Shown: positions 18,943 through 29,403, numbered from the stretch's first letter. The stretch is 64,000 nt of DNA from Candidatus Poribacteria bacterium (GCA_965214095.1 OZ243938.1:4672001-4736000), one strand, 5' to 3'. Made by a program: numbers and translations. Notes: a model not told the origin generated them from the letters alone.

Positions 18943-20340
18943 TTGAGCAGACCGAATATACTATTCATAATGTCAGATGACCATGCATCTCATGCGATGA
19001 GTTGTTACGGAAGTCGTATTAATGAAACCCCGAATCTTGACCGTATCGCAGATGATGGAATGATTTTCCAAAACTGCTTCTGTGTCAATTCTATTTGTAC
19101 GCCGAGTCGGGCAAATATTTTGACAGGTCTACATAGTCATCTCAACGGTGTAAAGACATTAGGTGATAAACTTGATGGGAAAAAACCGAATGTCGCCAAA
19201 ATGCTTCAAGCAGATGGATATCAAACCGCTATGGTCGGCAAATGGCACCTTGGACACGGTGGAGATGCTGACCCTTCTGGTTTTGATTACTGGAACGTTC
19301 TTCCGGGACAGGGTGATTATTATGATCCTGTTATGATTGAAGAAAGCGGCAGAACAAAGCATGAAGGTTATGCTACCGATGTCATCACAGATTTCTCGTT
19401 GGATTGGCTGAAAAATCGGGATAAAGATAATCCGTTCTTCCTAATGTGTCATCACAAAGCACCACATCGTCCTTGGGATTCAGACGAGAAACATGTGCAC
19501 ATGTATGAAGATGAGGATGTCCCAATGCCGGACAACTTCTTTGATGATTATTCTAACCGTTCTAATGCTGCAAAAGAAGCAAAAATGCGTGTCTTTGGAC
19601 ACATGAATGATAGAGACCTAAAGATTGAGAGATTCGGTCCTCCACCAGAAGGTTTATCAGATGAAGAATTGGCTAACTGGCAATATCAACGTTACATCAA
19701 AGAATACTTGCGATGTGTCGCTTCCATAGATGACAATGTTGGAAGATTGCTTGATTATCTTGATGAAGACGGTGTCGCTGATGATACAATGATTATTTAC
19801 ACTTCCGATCAAGGTTTCTTCTTAGGTGACCACGGGTGGTACGACAAACGTTTTATGTATGAAGAATCGCTCCGAATGCCGTTTATTGTGCGTTATCCAC
19901 GTGCTATCGGTGCAGGAAGTTCTACTCACGCAATGGCATTAAATATCGATTTTGCTGAAACCTGGTTGGATTATGCAGGTCTACCAATTCCAGAAAACAT
20001 GCAGGGTTCAAGTTTAAGACCAATTCTTGAAGGAGGAACACCGGATGACTGGCGAACGCAGATGTATTATCGCTACTGGATGCACCTCTCACATCATCAT
20101 GTGCCTGCACATTACGGTGTTCGTACACACAAACACAAACTCATATATTACTATGGGGATCCTATGGGAACTACGGGTTCAGTGAACCAACTCACAGAAC
20201 CTGAATGGGAACTTTTTGATCTTGAAAAAGATCCGAATGAGATGTGCAGCGTTTATGACGATCCTGAATATGCAGATGTTGTCAAAGAATTGACTGCTGA
20301 GTTATACCGCCTCAAAGAGGAAGCATTGGATAACGAATAA
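18943..20340 (+). CDS. Cys-type sulfatase (S1 family)
   Basis: PNILFIMSDDH, CTPSRA signature, GKWHLG, TSDQGFFLGDHG...DKRFMYEES; TTG start after GGAGG. Confidence 0.95.
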   Translation: MSRPNILFIMSDDHASHAMSCYGSRINETPNLDRIADDGMIFQNCFCVNSICTPSRANILTGLHSHLNGVKTLGDKLDGKKPNVAKMLQADGYQTAMVGKWHLGHGGDADPSGFDYWNVLPGQGDYYDPVMIEESGRTKHEGYATDVITDFSLDWLKNRDKDNPFFLMCHHKAPHRPWDSDEKHVHMYEDEDVPMPDNFFDDYSNRSNAAKEAKMRVFGHMNDRDLKIERFGPPPEGLSDEELANWQYQRYIKEYLRCVASIDDNVGRLLDYLDEDGVADDTMIIYTSDQGFFLGDHGWYDKRFMYEESLRMPFIVRYPRAIGAGSSTHAMALNIDFAETWLDYAGLPIPENMQGSSLRPILEGGTPDDWRTQMYYRYWMHLSHHHVPAHYGVRTHKHKLIYYYGDPMGTTGSVNQLTEPEWELFDLEKDPNEMCSVYDDPEYADVVKELTAELYRLKEEALDNE

Positions 20341-20377
20341 GCCGCTACACCTCTTTCTATGAAAATGGAGGATATAA

Positions 20378-21400
20378 ATGGATAGCAATGGTAATCCACT
20401 AAAGAAAATTCCACCAGGTATGAAAGTTACTGCACAGATGTCTCCTGAACCGAGTGAAGCAGACCTTCAGTTTGCAAGACAGATGGATGTTGAGTATGTT
20501 GTGCTCTGGACAAACGGTGCAAATGCAAATTACGACTATTTTATGAGTCGTCGCGAGATATTTGAAAATGCTGGTTTGAAAATATATGGGTTTGGGAACA
20601 GTGATGTCCATAATCAAGATGGTATTGTTCTAAACTTAGAAAACCGTGATGCAAAGATTGAGCAATACAAACAGTATATTCGAGATTTAGGTAAAGCTGG
20701 CATTCCATATACGACTTATGCACACATGGGGAACGGTATCTGGAGTACGGAACGGGAAACGACGCGTGGTGGTGCAAGTGCGCGTGCGTTTAATCTCAAG
20801 AGTGCACAGGAAGGACATTGGGGTGGTAAGAAATATCCAATGCCGCTTTCACACGGTCGAGAATATAGTGAAGAAGAGATTTGGGATAATTACACCTACT
20901 TTATTAAGCAGGCAGCACCTGTAGCCGAGGAAGCAGGCGTAATGATTGGAATACATCCTGATGACCCACCGGCAATACATCTTGCAGGAATTCCAAGATG
21001 TATCTTTAGCAGTTTTGAGGGATATAAACGTGCCCTTGAAATTGCAGACAGTCCAAATGTCGGCATGTGTTTTTGTGTCGGTTGTTGGCTGGAAGGTGGG
21101 GATTTGATGGGGAAAGATGTCATTGAATCTATCCGTTATTTCGGTGAACGCGGCAAGATATTCAAAGTGCATTTCCGCAATGTTGACCAACCACTGCCAC
21201 ATTTCGTTGAAACATTTGTTGATAACGGCTATCAAGACATGTATCAAGTAGCAAAAGCACTGCGTGAAGTAGACTTTAATGGCGTTCTAATTCCAGATCA
21301 TATTCCAAGTATGGCAGGTGACCATCGCGTTGGCACTGCGTATACTATCGCCTATATGAACGCACTTGTAAAACGTGCAAATGAAGAGTTAGCAGCATAA
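20378..21400 (+). CDS. uxuA: Mannonate dehydratase (UxuA) family
   Basis: IHPDDPP, FCVGC, VHFRNV, PDH-x-P, AYTIAY motifs. Confidence 0.8.
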   Translation: MDSNGNPLKKIPPGMKVTAQMSPEPSEADLQFARQMDVEYVVLWTNGANANYDYFMSRREIFENAGLKIYGFGNSDVHNQDGIVLNLENRDAKIEQYKQYIRDLGKAGIPYTTYAHMGNGIWSTERETTRGGASARAFNLKSAQEGHWGGKKYPMPLSHGREYSEEEIWDNYTYFIKQAAPVAEEAGVMIGIHPDDPPAIHLAGIPRCIFSSFEGYKRALEIADSPNVGMCFCVGCWLEGGDLMGKDVIESIRYFGERGKIFKVHFRNVDQPLPHFVETFVDNGYQDMYQVAKALREVDFNGVLIPDHIPSMAGDHRVGTAYTIAYMNALVKRANEELAA

Positions 21401-21410
21401 GATAAGCTGA

Positions 21411-21850
21411 AAGTGTCTAAAGTGTCTAAAGTTAATCTAACTGAAACTAAGTTGTTGAATGAAGAATAAAGAATTTGCTAAAATCTTAGAAAAAAGGACG
21501 CAGAAATTTGCTGCGAACATTGTTCTTCTTTCCAAGCAACTTCCACATTCGCCTGAGGGGATGCGTATTCGAGACCAACTAACAGGTTCAGGTACTTCTG
21601 TTGGTGCAAATTATAGGGAAGCAAATCGTGCCCGAAGTCGAAAGGACTTTAGAAATAAAATGCATAATGTGCTGAAACACAATATTGGCTTGAAGTAATT
21701 GTTGATGCCAAAATGCTGGAATGGAATGTAGTTAAATCACATTATGAAGAGTGTAGTGAAATATTAGCTATATTTTCAACTTCAAACAAAAAACTTGATC
21801 AGTAATCGTATACAACCATAGGGAAACAACTTTAGACATTTTAGACACTT
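21411..21850. repeat. 23-bp inverted repeats (AAGTGTCTAAAGTGTCTAAAGTT) flanking the four-helix-bundle gene
   Basis: 21411-21433 matches the reverse complement of 21828-21850 with 1 mismatch; each arm is built from a 9-mer tandem. Confidence 0.85.
21459..21805 (+). pseudogene. Four-helix-bundle (23S rRNA IVP/S23-like) protein, frameshifted
   Basis: N-half ...DQL-x-x-SGTSVGANYREANRARSRKDF; the C-half AETQYWLEVIVDAKML...ECSEILAIFS...* resumes in another frame after ~21670. Confidence 0.8.
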
Positions 21851-21901
21851 ATACCTATAATACCTCACATTTAAATGCAAAAAGATCTTTCACAATTTTT
21901 C

Positions 21902-21930
21902 TTGCAATTAACTTTGATAAATGCTATAAT
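21902..21930 (+). promoter_or_regulatory. sigma-70 promoter with long leader before 22217
   Basis: TTGCAA-17 nt-TATAAT with extended TG. Confidence 0.6.
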
Positions 21931-22216
21931 TTGAAACATATTTGAGTAACCACACGTATGCAAGAATACTAAACAATTACCGTGTGGTGATATAAACAAA
22001 CTGAATTTGACAATGTTGGATTACTTCACTTGTCAGTGTTTATACCATGTGATAGCATAAATTACTGCTTTCACATTAATTAAAATATTTTCGGATATGC
22101 TAGCAAACCGGGAATATATATATTAGTATATGTCGTTTATTTTTGATATTTTTGGAAGCGCGCTTCTTATCTAAACTATCAAATTTGGACAGATTGAATA
22201 AGGAGATTTCATAGCT

Positions 22217-22975
22217 ATGAAAAAATTGGCAATTTTTCTTACAGTTGCTCTTATTGCCATTTCACCATTGGCTTATGCACAGAACTGGCAGCCAGCGGGT
22301 GATCAATGGATAGAAAAATGGTGGGGACTTGATTTAGTCATTCGAACCGGTGGATTCACTGCATCTGCCGAAAAAGATTACCTTGCTGAAGGAACAATTG
22401 ACACTAGTAATAACGAATCCGTTTATACAAATGAAAGTGTTTCTACACGTTTTGGTGCTGGACTCACAGGAAGAACACCAGTAAGATTACCAGCAGATAA
22501 CGGTGGTATTCTTACATGGTCAATTGTGAACCTTGACATTGGTAGCACAAACAACATGTATCAAAGTCATGATATACCAAACAATGCTCCAGGTCATTTA
22601 AGAGATAATATCACTTGGCACGGTATCATCCTCGTCTTGTCCCCCGATGACAGGACAACGACGATACACCCCGCACACGATGACCACGCAGAAATATGGC
22701 TGAACGGCAGAAAGGTCTATAACAATCCCAGTTGGACTGGTGGTGCTCAACAAGCAACGCAACCTACAGAAGTAGACCTCGTTGAGGGTGAAAACTTCTT
22801 GCACTTGAAGTGTGGTGAAGGCGGTGGTGGAGATTATGTCAATCTTCGTTTCTCTGAAGGTGATGAAGATCTCAGGATCGCTCCAACTATGGATGATCAA
22901 TTCCTTGATGTTTTGACTCCTGTTGAACCGAAAGGTAAAGTAACCACAACTTGGGCAGATATTAAACGTAAATAA
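22217..22975 (+). CDS. Secreted beta-sandwich protein with C-terminal VEPKGKVTTTWADIK tag
   Basis: Signal peptide ending AYA; DD-x-AEIWLNG...L-x-EGEN-x-L-x-LK (carbohydrate-binding/PA14-like strand pattern); AGGAG RBS. Confidence 0.75.
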   Translation: MKKLAIFLTVALIAISPLAYAQNWQPAGDQWIEKWWGLDLVIRTGGFTASAEKDYLAEGTIDTSNNESVYTNESVSTRFGAGLTGRTPVRLPADNGGILTWSIVNLDIGSTNNMYQSHDIPNNAPGHLRDNITWHGIILVLSPDDRTTTIHPAHDDHAEIWLNGRKVYNNPSWTGGAQQATQPTEVDLVEGENFLHLKCGEGGGGDYVNLRFSEGDEDLRIAPTMDDQFLDVLTPVEPKGKVTTTWADIKRK

Positions 22976-22996
22976 AAGTCCGACACTATAGATAAT

Positions 22997-23030
22997 AAAA
23001 ACCCGTATCTTTCATGGATACGGGTTTTTT
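22997..23030. terminator. Bidirectional intrinsic terminator
   Basis: AAAAACCCGTATC-loop-GATACGGGTTTTTT between convergent genes. Confidence 0.85.
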
Positions 23031-23055
23031 CTTGTAGAATATCAAAGATAATGGT

Positions 23056-24717
23056 TTATTCCAATTCAGTAATCGTTAATAACTGATTGATACCAACATT
23101 TTCTATTTTCTGTTCAGTTCCATTTTGCCACTTTACCTTAACACTGTCTATTATATTTGTATTACCTAAACCAAACATCAATCTCAAATCACTACCTGAT
23201 GCATAACTTGATCCGCTCTTTACTTCAGCAATCTGAGTGATTCCACCTGCATTTACTATCACTTTTGATCCTATTCCATCACGATTGTTGCGTTTTCCTA
23301 TCAATCTAATGTTTATCCAATTCTTCCTATTTCCACCTTCATTCATTAGCAAGACTGCATGTTGGTTTGAATTCATAATCACAATATCAATATCACCATC
23401 ATTGTCGTAGTCTGCTGATGCAGCCGCTCTTCCAACAAGTTCCTCAGAAAAGTATGTACCTGATGTCTGCGACACATCTGAAAATGTGCCATCACCTTTG
23501 TTGTGAAAGAGTTGATCCTGTTGTGCATACTTCTCATAATCTGTCAGTCGCTCAATTACTGCTTGTGGATGTCCGTTTGCACAGAATATATCAAGGTTTC
23601 CATCGTTATCATAATCTAAAAAAAGTGGACTAAATCCGACTATAGGTAAAGTTGGTTGCTGTAGTTTGCTTTCCACTGTGGCTTCGGTAAAGTAGAATCC
23701 ATCGTTTCCTGGATCATGCAATTTATAGAGTGTTGCTTTTTCTGAATTTGCAACAATGATATCCAGTAATCCATCGCGATTATAGTCACCACTATCCACT
23801 CCCATTGAACCTTCGGCTATACCGTTTTCATCATATCCCACACCAAGAAACAATCCTACATCTGTGAAAGTGCCATCTCCATTGTTATGATACAAAAAGT
23901 TGCGACTGGTATCATTTGCGACATAGATATCTGGATATCTATCATTGTCGTAATCAAAAGCAATGGCAGCCATTCCTCGTCCTTCACTCGGATTGATTAA
24001 TCCCGCTGTTTCTGTCACATTGGTAAAAGTACCATCACCGTTGTTTCTATAGAGCACATCAGGAGTGCCGGCATAACTTCTTGGGTGTCCATACCCCACT
24101 ATCCCCTTATAGTAAGTAACAGGCATTAATAAATCATATATGAGATAGTTCACAACAAATATATCCAAATCACCGTCAATATCAAAATCCAAAAATACTG
24201 CAGCAATACTCCATAACATATTATCTATACCAGCAGCTTTTGTGATATTGGTAAATGTGCCATCTCCATTATTTTGGTAGAGTGAATCCTGTCCAAAGTT
24301 AGCAACATATAAATCAGGATCACCGTCGTTATCAATATCCCCTGCGGAAGCTGCCATGCCGTATCCTGTATCACCGCAACCTGACTCAGAAGTAACATCA
24401 GTGAATTGTCCGTTTCCATCATTCCTGTAGAGTATATTCTTGGCTTCATTTTCAAGTTTCTCCTTAGAAACTCCATCAGCTGGAACAGGACCACTATTTA
24501 CAAAATAAATGTCTATGTATTCATCTAAGTTATAATCAAAAAAGACGACACCTGACCCCATAGTTTCAATGATATGCTTATGGTCTGTTTTTCCGTTAAT
24601 ATGTTTGAAATCTATACCTGCTTCTGTTGTAACATCAACATATAGAGGGAGTTTATCGGCTGTGCAGAATGTAGCACAAATGAAGAAAAGTATAAGTAAA
24701 ATAAAGATTCTTGACAT
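23056..24717 (-). CDS. CRTAC1-family protein (FG-GAP/VCBS repeats plus ASPIC/UnbV domain)
   Basis: IETMGSG, repeated D-x-DNDG-x-x-D / N-x-GDGTF-x-DV, NRDGIGS-x-V...FGLG...W-x-NG. Confidence 0.9.
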   Translation of the reverse strand: MSRIFILLILFFICATFCTADKLPLYVDVTTEAGIDFKHINGKTDHKHIIETMGSGVVFFDYNLDEYIDIYFVNSGPVPADGVSKEKLENEAKNILYRNDGNGQFTDVTSESGCGDTGYGMAASAGDIDNDGDPDLYVANFGQDSLYQNNGDGTFTNITKAAGIDNMLWSIAAVFLDFDIDGDLDIFVVNYLIYDLLMPVTYYKGIVGYGHPRSYAGTPDVLYRNNGDGTFTNVTETAGLINPSEGRGMAAIAFDYDNDRYPDIYVANDTSRNFLYHNNGDGTFTDVGLFLGVGYDENGIAEGSMGVDSGDYNRDGLLDIIVANSEKATLYKLHDPGNDGFYFTEATVESKLQQPTLPIVGFSPLFLDYDNDGNLDIFCANGHPQAVIERLTDYEKYAQQDQLFHNKGDGTFSDVSQTSGTYFSEELVGRAAASADYDNDGDIDIVIMNSNQHAVLLMNEGGNRKNWINIRLIGKRNNRDGIGSKVIVNAGGITQIAEVKSGSSYASGSDLRLMFGLGNTNIIDSVKVKWQNGTEQKIENVGINQLLTITELE

Positions 24718-24743
24718 GAGGGTTACTCTTTCTCGGAAGGTGT

Positions 24744-25592
24744 TTATTTCTTTTGTGTTTCTGCTGTTTTGACCAATCGAAAACCGACAAAGGATGTCTT
24801 TAAGGTAGGATACAGATAAAATCGGAAGGTTGTACTACATCGTGTAAGTTTGTCAATCCAAGAACCCCCTCTGAGCACACGCCAGCTGCCAACCTCTGGT
24901 CCCTTCGGATTCTGTTTGGGACTATGCAGATAGTAAATATCACTGTACCAATCTGAAGTCCATTCCCAGACGTTTCCTGCCATATCCATGACTCCATAGT
25001 AACTTTTACCTTTAGGATAACTACCTACAGGTGCGATACGATTCTCATAACCATCGTTTTTTTCGGATGTGTTTGCGTTTGGGAGCATTGAATTTCCCCA
25101 CGGCCATAATCTGTCTGTGTAGCCACGTGCAGCCTTCTCCCATTCGGCTTCTGTCGGTAATCGCATACCTTTCCATTCAGCATAAGCCTTTGCATCATGC
25201 CAAGATACACCAACAATAGGATGATCAGGAAACTTACTTGCACGTTCTGGCCAACTTCCAATATGTGGTAGACGTGAGAAACTCTCAGGCGTATGTTGTA
25301 TTTGATCTTGAGAGTTTTCATCCATTTCTTTTTGAAGACTATACCAAAATTCGTAATATTCTGCGTTTGTAACCTCATACTTACTAATATAGTACGCTGA
25401 TAGGTGAACTTTATGCTTAGGTCTTTCATCTGCAGCACGTGCATTGCTTCCCATTGAAAATGTCCCAGCAGGAATCAATATCATCTCAATGTTTTCATCT
25501 TCCGCATTCACACAGAAGTTTATATTCACGCAACATATTATGATTAGAATAGATATTGTATAAAATATTTTGTTTTGCACGACTATAGCCAA
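24744..25592 (-). CDS. Formylglycine-generating-enzyme (FGE-sulfatase/SUMF1) domain protein
   Basis: GTFSMGS, YEVTNAEY, RLPTEAEWEKAARG, DMAGNVWEW, RGGSW, GFRL. Confidence 0.9.
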   Translation of the reverse strand: MAIVVQNKIFYTISILIIICCVNINFCVNAEDENIEMILIPAGTFSMGSNARAADERPKHKVHLSAYYISKYEVTNAEYYEFWYSLQKEMDENSQDQIQHTPESFSRLPHIGSWPERASKFPDHPIVGVSWHDAKAYAEWKGMRLPTEAEWEKAARGYTDRLWPWGNSMLPNANTSEKNDGYENRIAPVGSYPKGKSYYGVMDMAGNVWEWTSDWYSDIYYLHSPKQNPKGPEVGSWRVLRGGSWIDKLTRCSTTFRFYLYPTLKTSFVGFRLVKTAETQKK

Positions 25593-25601
25593 GTTTGTGG
25601 T

Positions 25602-26798
25602 TTATTTCTTTTGCTGTTCCCGTAGAGATAAGAAATGTTGATATGCTTGATAATGCTGTTTAGCAAGTTTTTGTTGGCCAATGCTGTCGTAGAGTTTTGA
25701 GAGATTTAGATGATAATAGGGCTGTTCTTCATTCAAGGAAACTGCCTTTTGAAAAACAGCAATAGCATTTTGCACATCCCCTAACATTGCATAAGCACTT
25801 CCAAGTGTATTGTAAAACAAGTCATGCTTAGGCATAAGTTGTATTGCTGTTTTAGCAGAATCTACCGCTAATTTTGGATACTTGAGATTAATGAAAGTCT
25901 GGCTGAGACCATGATGAAAACCTGCGATTGTTGCCGCAGACGCATTTTGTGCCTTTGCCAGTTCAATACATTTTTGAAAAACCGGTATTACTCGCTTGTA
26001 TTTCCTTTGTTGCATTAACACTTTTGCTAATCCTACCCAACCTTCCAGATTGTTTGGATCCACACGTGTTAACCGAGTGAAACGTTCGTGATCCGCTGCT
26101 ACTTTTTGTAATGTTTGGTATATTTGCATCTCTTCTCTACTTTTCTGTTGATTTCCAGAACGAAGATATGCAGTACCGAGACCGAAATGTGGTTCAGCAA
26201 AATCCGGTGGACCGATTTCAATCGCTTTCTTGAAGTTCCTTATAGCTTCATCATAAGCAGTTAAATTAAGATGAGCATTACCAAGTTCATTATAATTTCC
26301 TGGCGCATTAGGTTTAAGTTCAATGGCTCTGTTTAACACTTCCACTGCTTTAGCATACTGACGAAGTTTGACATAAACTTTACCAAGCACCTCATAGGCG
26401 CGTGCATGTTGGGATGAGAGTAATACAACCTTCTGCAGCGGTGTTAACGCATCTTCCCACTGATTAAGTTTGAAATAGACAACACTCAATGAGTAAAGCA
26501 CTTCAATGTTATCTGGTTGAATTTTCAAAGAACGGTTATATACCTCTACTGCCTTGTTCCAAGAGGAATCCTCTGCATATATCATACCTAAGTAATGCAG
26601 TATTTCATGATGTTCTGGTTCAATTGCAAGCGCAGCATTAAATGCATCTATTGTTGCCTGATTATCTCCTTGAAAAAGGGCACGGAAACCCTTTTCCACG
26701 AATTCTACATATTCAGCATGTCTATTTGTTTCTGCTGAAAGTTCAGGAAATGGTACACATAACCAGATTAGCACTAATACTGTAAAATGTGTTCGCAT
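25602..26798 (-). CDS. Exported tetratricopeptide-repeat protein
   Basis: Signal peptide; repeated LG-x-x-Y...A...A-x-x-x-x-P TPR pattern. Confidence 0.85.
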   Translation of the reverse strand: MRTHFTVLVLIWLCVPFPELSAETNRHAEYVEFVEKGFRALFQGDNQATIDAFNAALAIEPEHHEILHYLGMIYAEDSSWNKAVEVYNRSLKIQPDNIEVLYSLSVVYFKLNQWEDALTPLQKVVLLSSQHARAYEVLGKVYVKLRQYAKAVEVLNRAIELKPNAPGNYNELGNAHLNLTAYDEAIRNFKKAIEIGPPDFAEPHFGLGTAYLRSGNQQKSREEMQIYQTLQKVAADHERFTRLTRVDPNNLEGWVGLAKVLMQQRKYKRVIPVFQKCIELAKAQNASAATIAGFHHGLSQTFINLKYPKLAVDSAKTAIQLMPKHDLFYNTLGSAYAMLGDVQNAIAVFQKAVSLNEEQPYYHLNLSKLYDSIGQQKLAKQHYQAYQHFLSLREQQKK

Positions 26799-26901
26799 CA
26801 GTATGTCCTATCGGTAGCAATAAGATAATGATATATCAAATGATACCTACTATCATTATTTGTGTCAATCACTTTCTCATTTAGAATAGTATGAATTCTT
26901 G

Positions 26902-26930
26902 TTGACAAGTATGAATTAAATGCGTACAAT
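26902..26930 (+). promoter_or_regulatory. sigma-70 promoter with overlapping AGTATGAATT direct repeats (possible operator)
   Basis: TTGACA-17 nt-TACAAT; AGTATGAATT at 26888 and 26908. Confidence 0.6.
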
Positions 26931-26977
26931 TTATATAATCATTAACATTGAACGTATATCCGAACAAGGAGTCTATC

Positions 26978-27760
26978 ATGCTAACGCAAGACCAAGTGGA
27001 TTTTTACAATGAGAACGGTTACCTCAAAGTAGAGCAACTCTTCTCACCTGAAGAAACTGAAGAACTTGCATCCGAAATGGTAAAGATAATTAACAACTGG
27101 GGACAAGAAACTATTGGTTGGCCAGGACCTTGGCGAACAAAGTATCTAAAAGAGGAAGACCAGCAGACAACAAAAGCAGTCTTCATGCACAATCCTCACT
27201 TCTATTCTGCAACTTGGGGTAGAGTGATTTTTCATGAACGTTTGACCGGTGCTGTTAGGTCTTTAATTGGAGAGTCAGTCCAATGGCATCATACTGTTCT
27301 CCATGCAAAACCACCGGAAAAAGGAACACCTTTTCCAATGCATCAAGACTATCCGTTCTATCCACACGATGGTCTGGATTTTGTTGATTGTCTCGTTCAT
27401 CTTGACGATGCTCCTTATGAAAGTGGTGCATTGCGGGTCGTACCCGGAAGCCACAAGGAAGGACCACGAGAACATATCACAGGTGAAGGCACTGCACCGC
27501 ATTTGCCAACGGATAAATTTCATCCAGATTTCATAGATTCCATCCCGATTCCTGCAAGTGCGGGGGATGTGATTTTCTTTAGTTATTGTCTAATTCATTG
27601 GTCAGAAGTAAATCGGACAGAACAGTGGCGGAAAGCAGTGCGATTTGGTTATCATACCCCAGAGATGCGTCCTATAGGTCGTGAACCGCATGAACCATAT
27701 AATAACATTATGGCAGGTGGTTTCAGAGTGAATCCTACTGCAGGAGAAATAATGGCATAG
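26978..27760 (+). CDS. Phytanoyl-CoA dioxygenase (PhyH) family protein
   Basis: FY-x-ENGYL, KPP...HQD facial-triad motif, VPGSHK, AGDV...IHWS; AGGAG RBS. Confidence 0.9.
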   Translation: MLTQDQVDFYNENGYLKVEQLFSPEETEELASEMVKIINNWGQETIGWPGPWRTKYLKEEDQQTTKAVFMHNPHFYSATWGRVIFHERLTGAVRSLIGESVQWHHTVLHAKPPEKGTPFPMHQDYPFYPHDGLDFVDCLVHLDDAPYESGALRVVPGSHKEGPREHITGEGTAPHLPTDKFHPDFIDSIPIPASAGDVIFFSYCLIHWSEVNRTEQWRKAVRFGYHTPEMRPIGREPHEPYNNIMAGGFRVNPTAGEIMA

Positions 27761-27802
27761 CATCTCTTATGATTGCATACCGCAATATCAAAGACATATT
27801 CT

Positions 27803-27865
27803 GTAGGAGTGATCTCCAAATCTCAACTAATACTATGACAGTTGGAAATCGGAGTTCCCTCCTAC
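27803..27865. repeat. GTAG REP-like inverted doublet
   Basis: GTAGGAG...CTCCTAC ends. Confidence 0.5.
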
Positions 27866-28028
27866 AACCAAGAGTGTGTACTCGTTTCAATAAACTACCC
27901 TAAATACATTCAGAGTTAAATCAACAAACAATTCTGAAATAAAAACCAAATAAATACGTAATTATTAAAGATGGCTTAATTCATAAAACATATTCCTAAT
28001 GAAAAATCAACTATGAAAGGAGATCAAA

Positions 28029-29378
28029 GTGTTTAGAATACAATCTACCAAAACCATCCATACAAAGAATTTACTAATATTCTTATGTTATCTCACACTT
28101 GTATGTATCCTAAGTATGAGTTGTCCTTTTGTTGTTGACACTTCTGCTCAGGAACCGTCCCTTGCTGAAAAGGTATTTGAAAAATACCGCACATTTTTTC
28201 AACGTGAGGATATCAAGACATTACTACCAACAGCCCTTGATGTATTAAAACAACCTGAACCACAGAAAATAATAAATCCAACAACAATTGATATTATCGT
28301 TAAGAATCCAGATCTACTAAAAGAATACATTCCTGATATTGATGACGATTTCATTACATTACTGAAAGAAGATCAGGAGATACAGGACTTTCTTAGGGAC
28401 ACAGATGTTCAAACTTTGCTGCAGGATGTTACAGCTATAGAAGAACTTGAAACATTACTCATGGAGAACCTGGTATCTCTTGCAGAAAAGATTCATGAAA
28501 GGTATTTAGATTTATTCATGAGGGAAGACATACAAGCACAACTTCCAATTCTTCTTATTGAATTGAAAGATCCAGAAATACAGAAGCTACTTATTCCTGC
28601 AACTATCCAACTTGTTATTGATAATCCAGACATTCTTAAGACCTTTCTTCCTGATATTGATGACGAAATCATTAGACTGCTTAAAGAAGATTCAGAGATT
28701 ATCGCTTTTATTAGTGATCCGGATGTGCAACTATTGCTTCAGGATCCCGAGGCAATTGACGAACTCGCGATGCTATTAAGTGTTCCAGTTCCCGTTGTTG
28801 TAACAGTAAAGATTGTCCCAGCATCTATTGTATCACCTAAGGTGGGTGAACAGCTCATCTTTACTGTTGATATTGCAGATGGTGTTGGCGTTGCAGGTTA
28901 TCAAGGGATAATAAATTTTGATCCATCAGCTCTTCAATTTGTTTCACTGGAACATGGCACATATTTTGCAAATAATGCATTCCCAGTACCAACGGATGTT
29001 ACGACAGATGCAGTAACATTTGCTCAAATTATTGCTGCACCAGATATTACAGCGAGTGGGACAGAGGGAACTCTGGTAACAATTACATTTGAAGTTCTTG
29101 ATGCAAAAGCTTCAATGTTGAGTTTATCAGAGGTGATTATTTCTGGTGTGGGTGGAGCACCGCATCAGGTTATTATTGAAAATGCAGAGATATTGGAACC
29201 ACCCAAAACCCCTTGGGATGTGAATAACGATGGAAGAGTTAATATATTGGATTTAACTTTTGTCGCATCCCACTTTGGCGCAGACAATCCGCCACCTGCA
29301 GCAGATGTCAATGGAGATGGGAAGGTTAATATATTGGATTTGACAACTGTGGCAAGTCATTTCGGAGAGACAACATAA
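28029..29378 (+). CDS. Secreted protein: two ~105-aa helical repeats, a cohesin-like domain and a dockerin-like domain
   Basis: SLAEK...FQREDI...PDIDDDFI-x-LLKED repeated twice; VAGYQ...FDPSALQFV...G-x-GTL-x-x-ITFEV; two DVN-x-DG-x-VNILDLT. Confidence 0.8.
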   Translation: MFRIQSTKTIHTKNLLIFLCYLTLVCILSMSCPFVVDTSAQEPSLAEKVFEKYRTFFQREDIKTLLPTALDVLKQPEPQKIINPTTIDIIVKNPDLLKEYIPDIDDDFITLLKEDQEIQDFLRDTDVQTLLQDVTAIEELETLLMENLVSLAEKIHERYLDLFMREDIQAQLPILLIELKDPEIQKLLIPATIQLVIDNPDILKTFLPDIDDEIIRLLKEDSEIIAFISDPDVQLLLQDPEAIDELAMLLSVPVPVVVTVKIVPASIVSPKVGEQLIFTVDIADGVGVAGYQGIINFDPSALQFVSLEHGTYFANNAFPVPTDVTTDAVTFAQIIAAPDITASGTEGTLVTITFEVLDAKASMLSLSEVIISGVGGAPHQVIIENAEILEPPKTPWDVNNDGRVNILDLTFVASHFGADNPPPAADVNGDGKVNILDLTTVASHFGETT

Positions 29379-29403
29379 GCATTAATGTCGTAGATTGCTG
29401 ATT

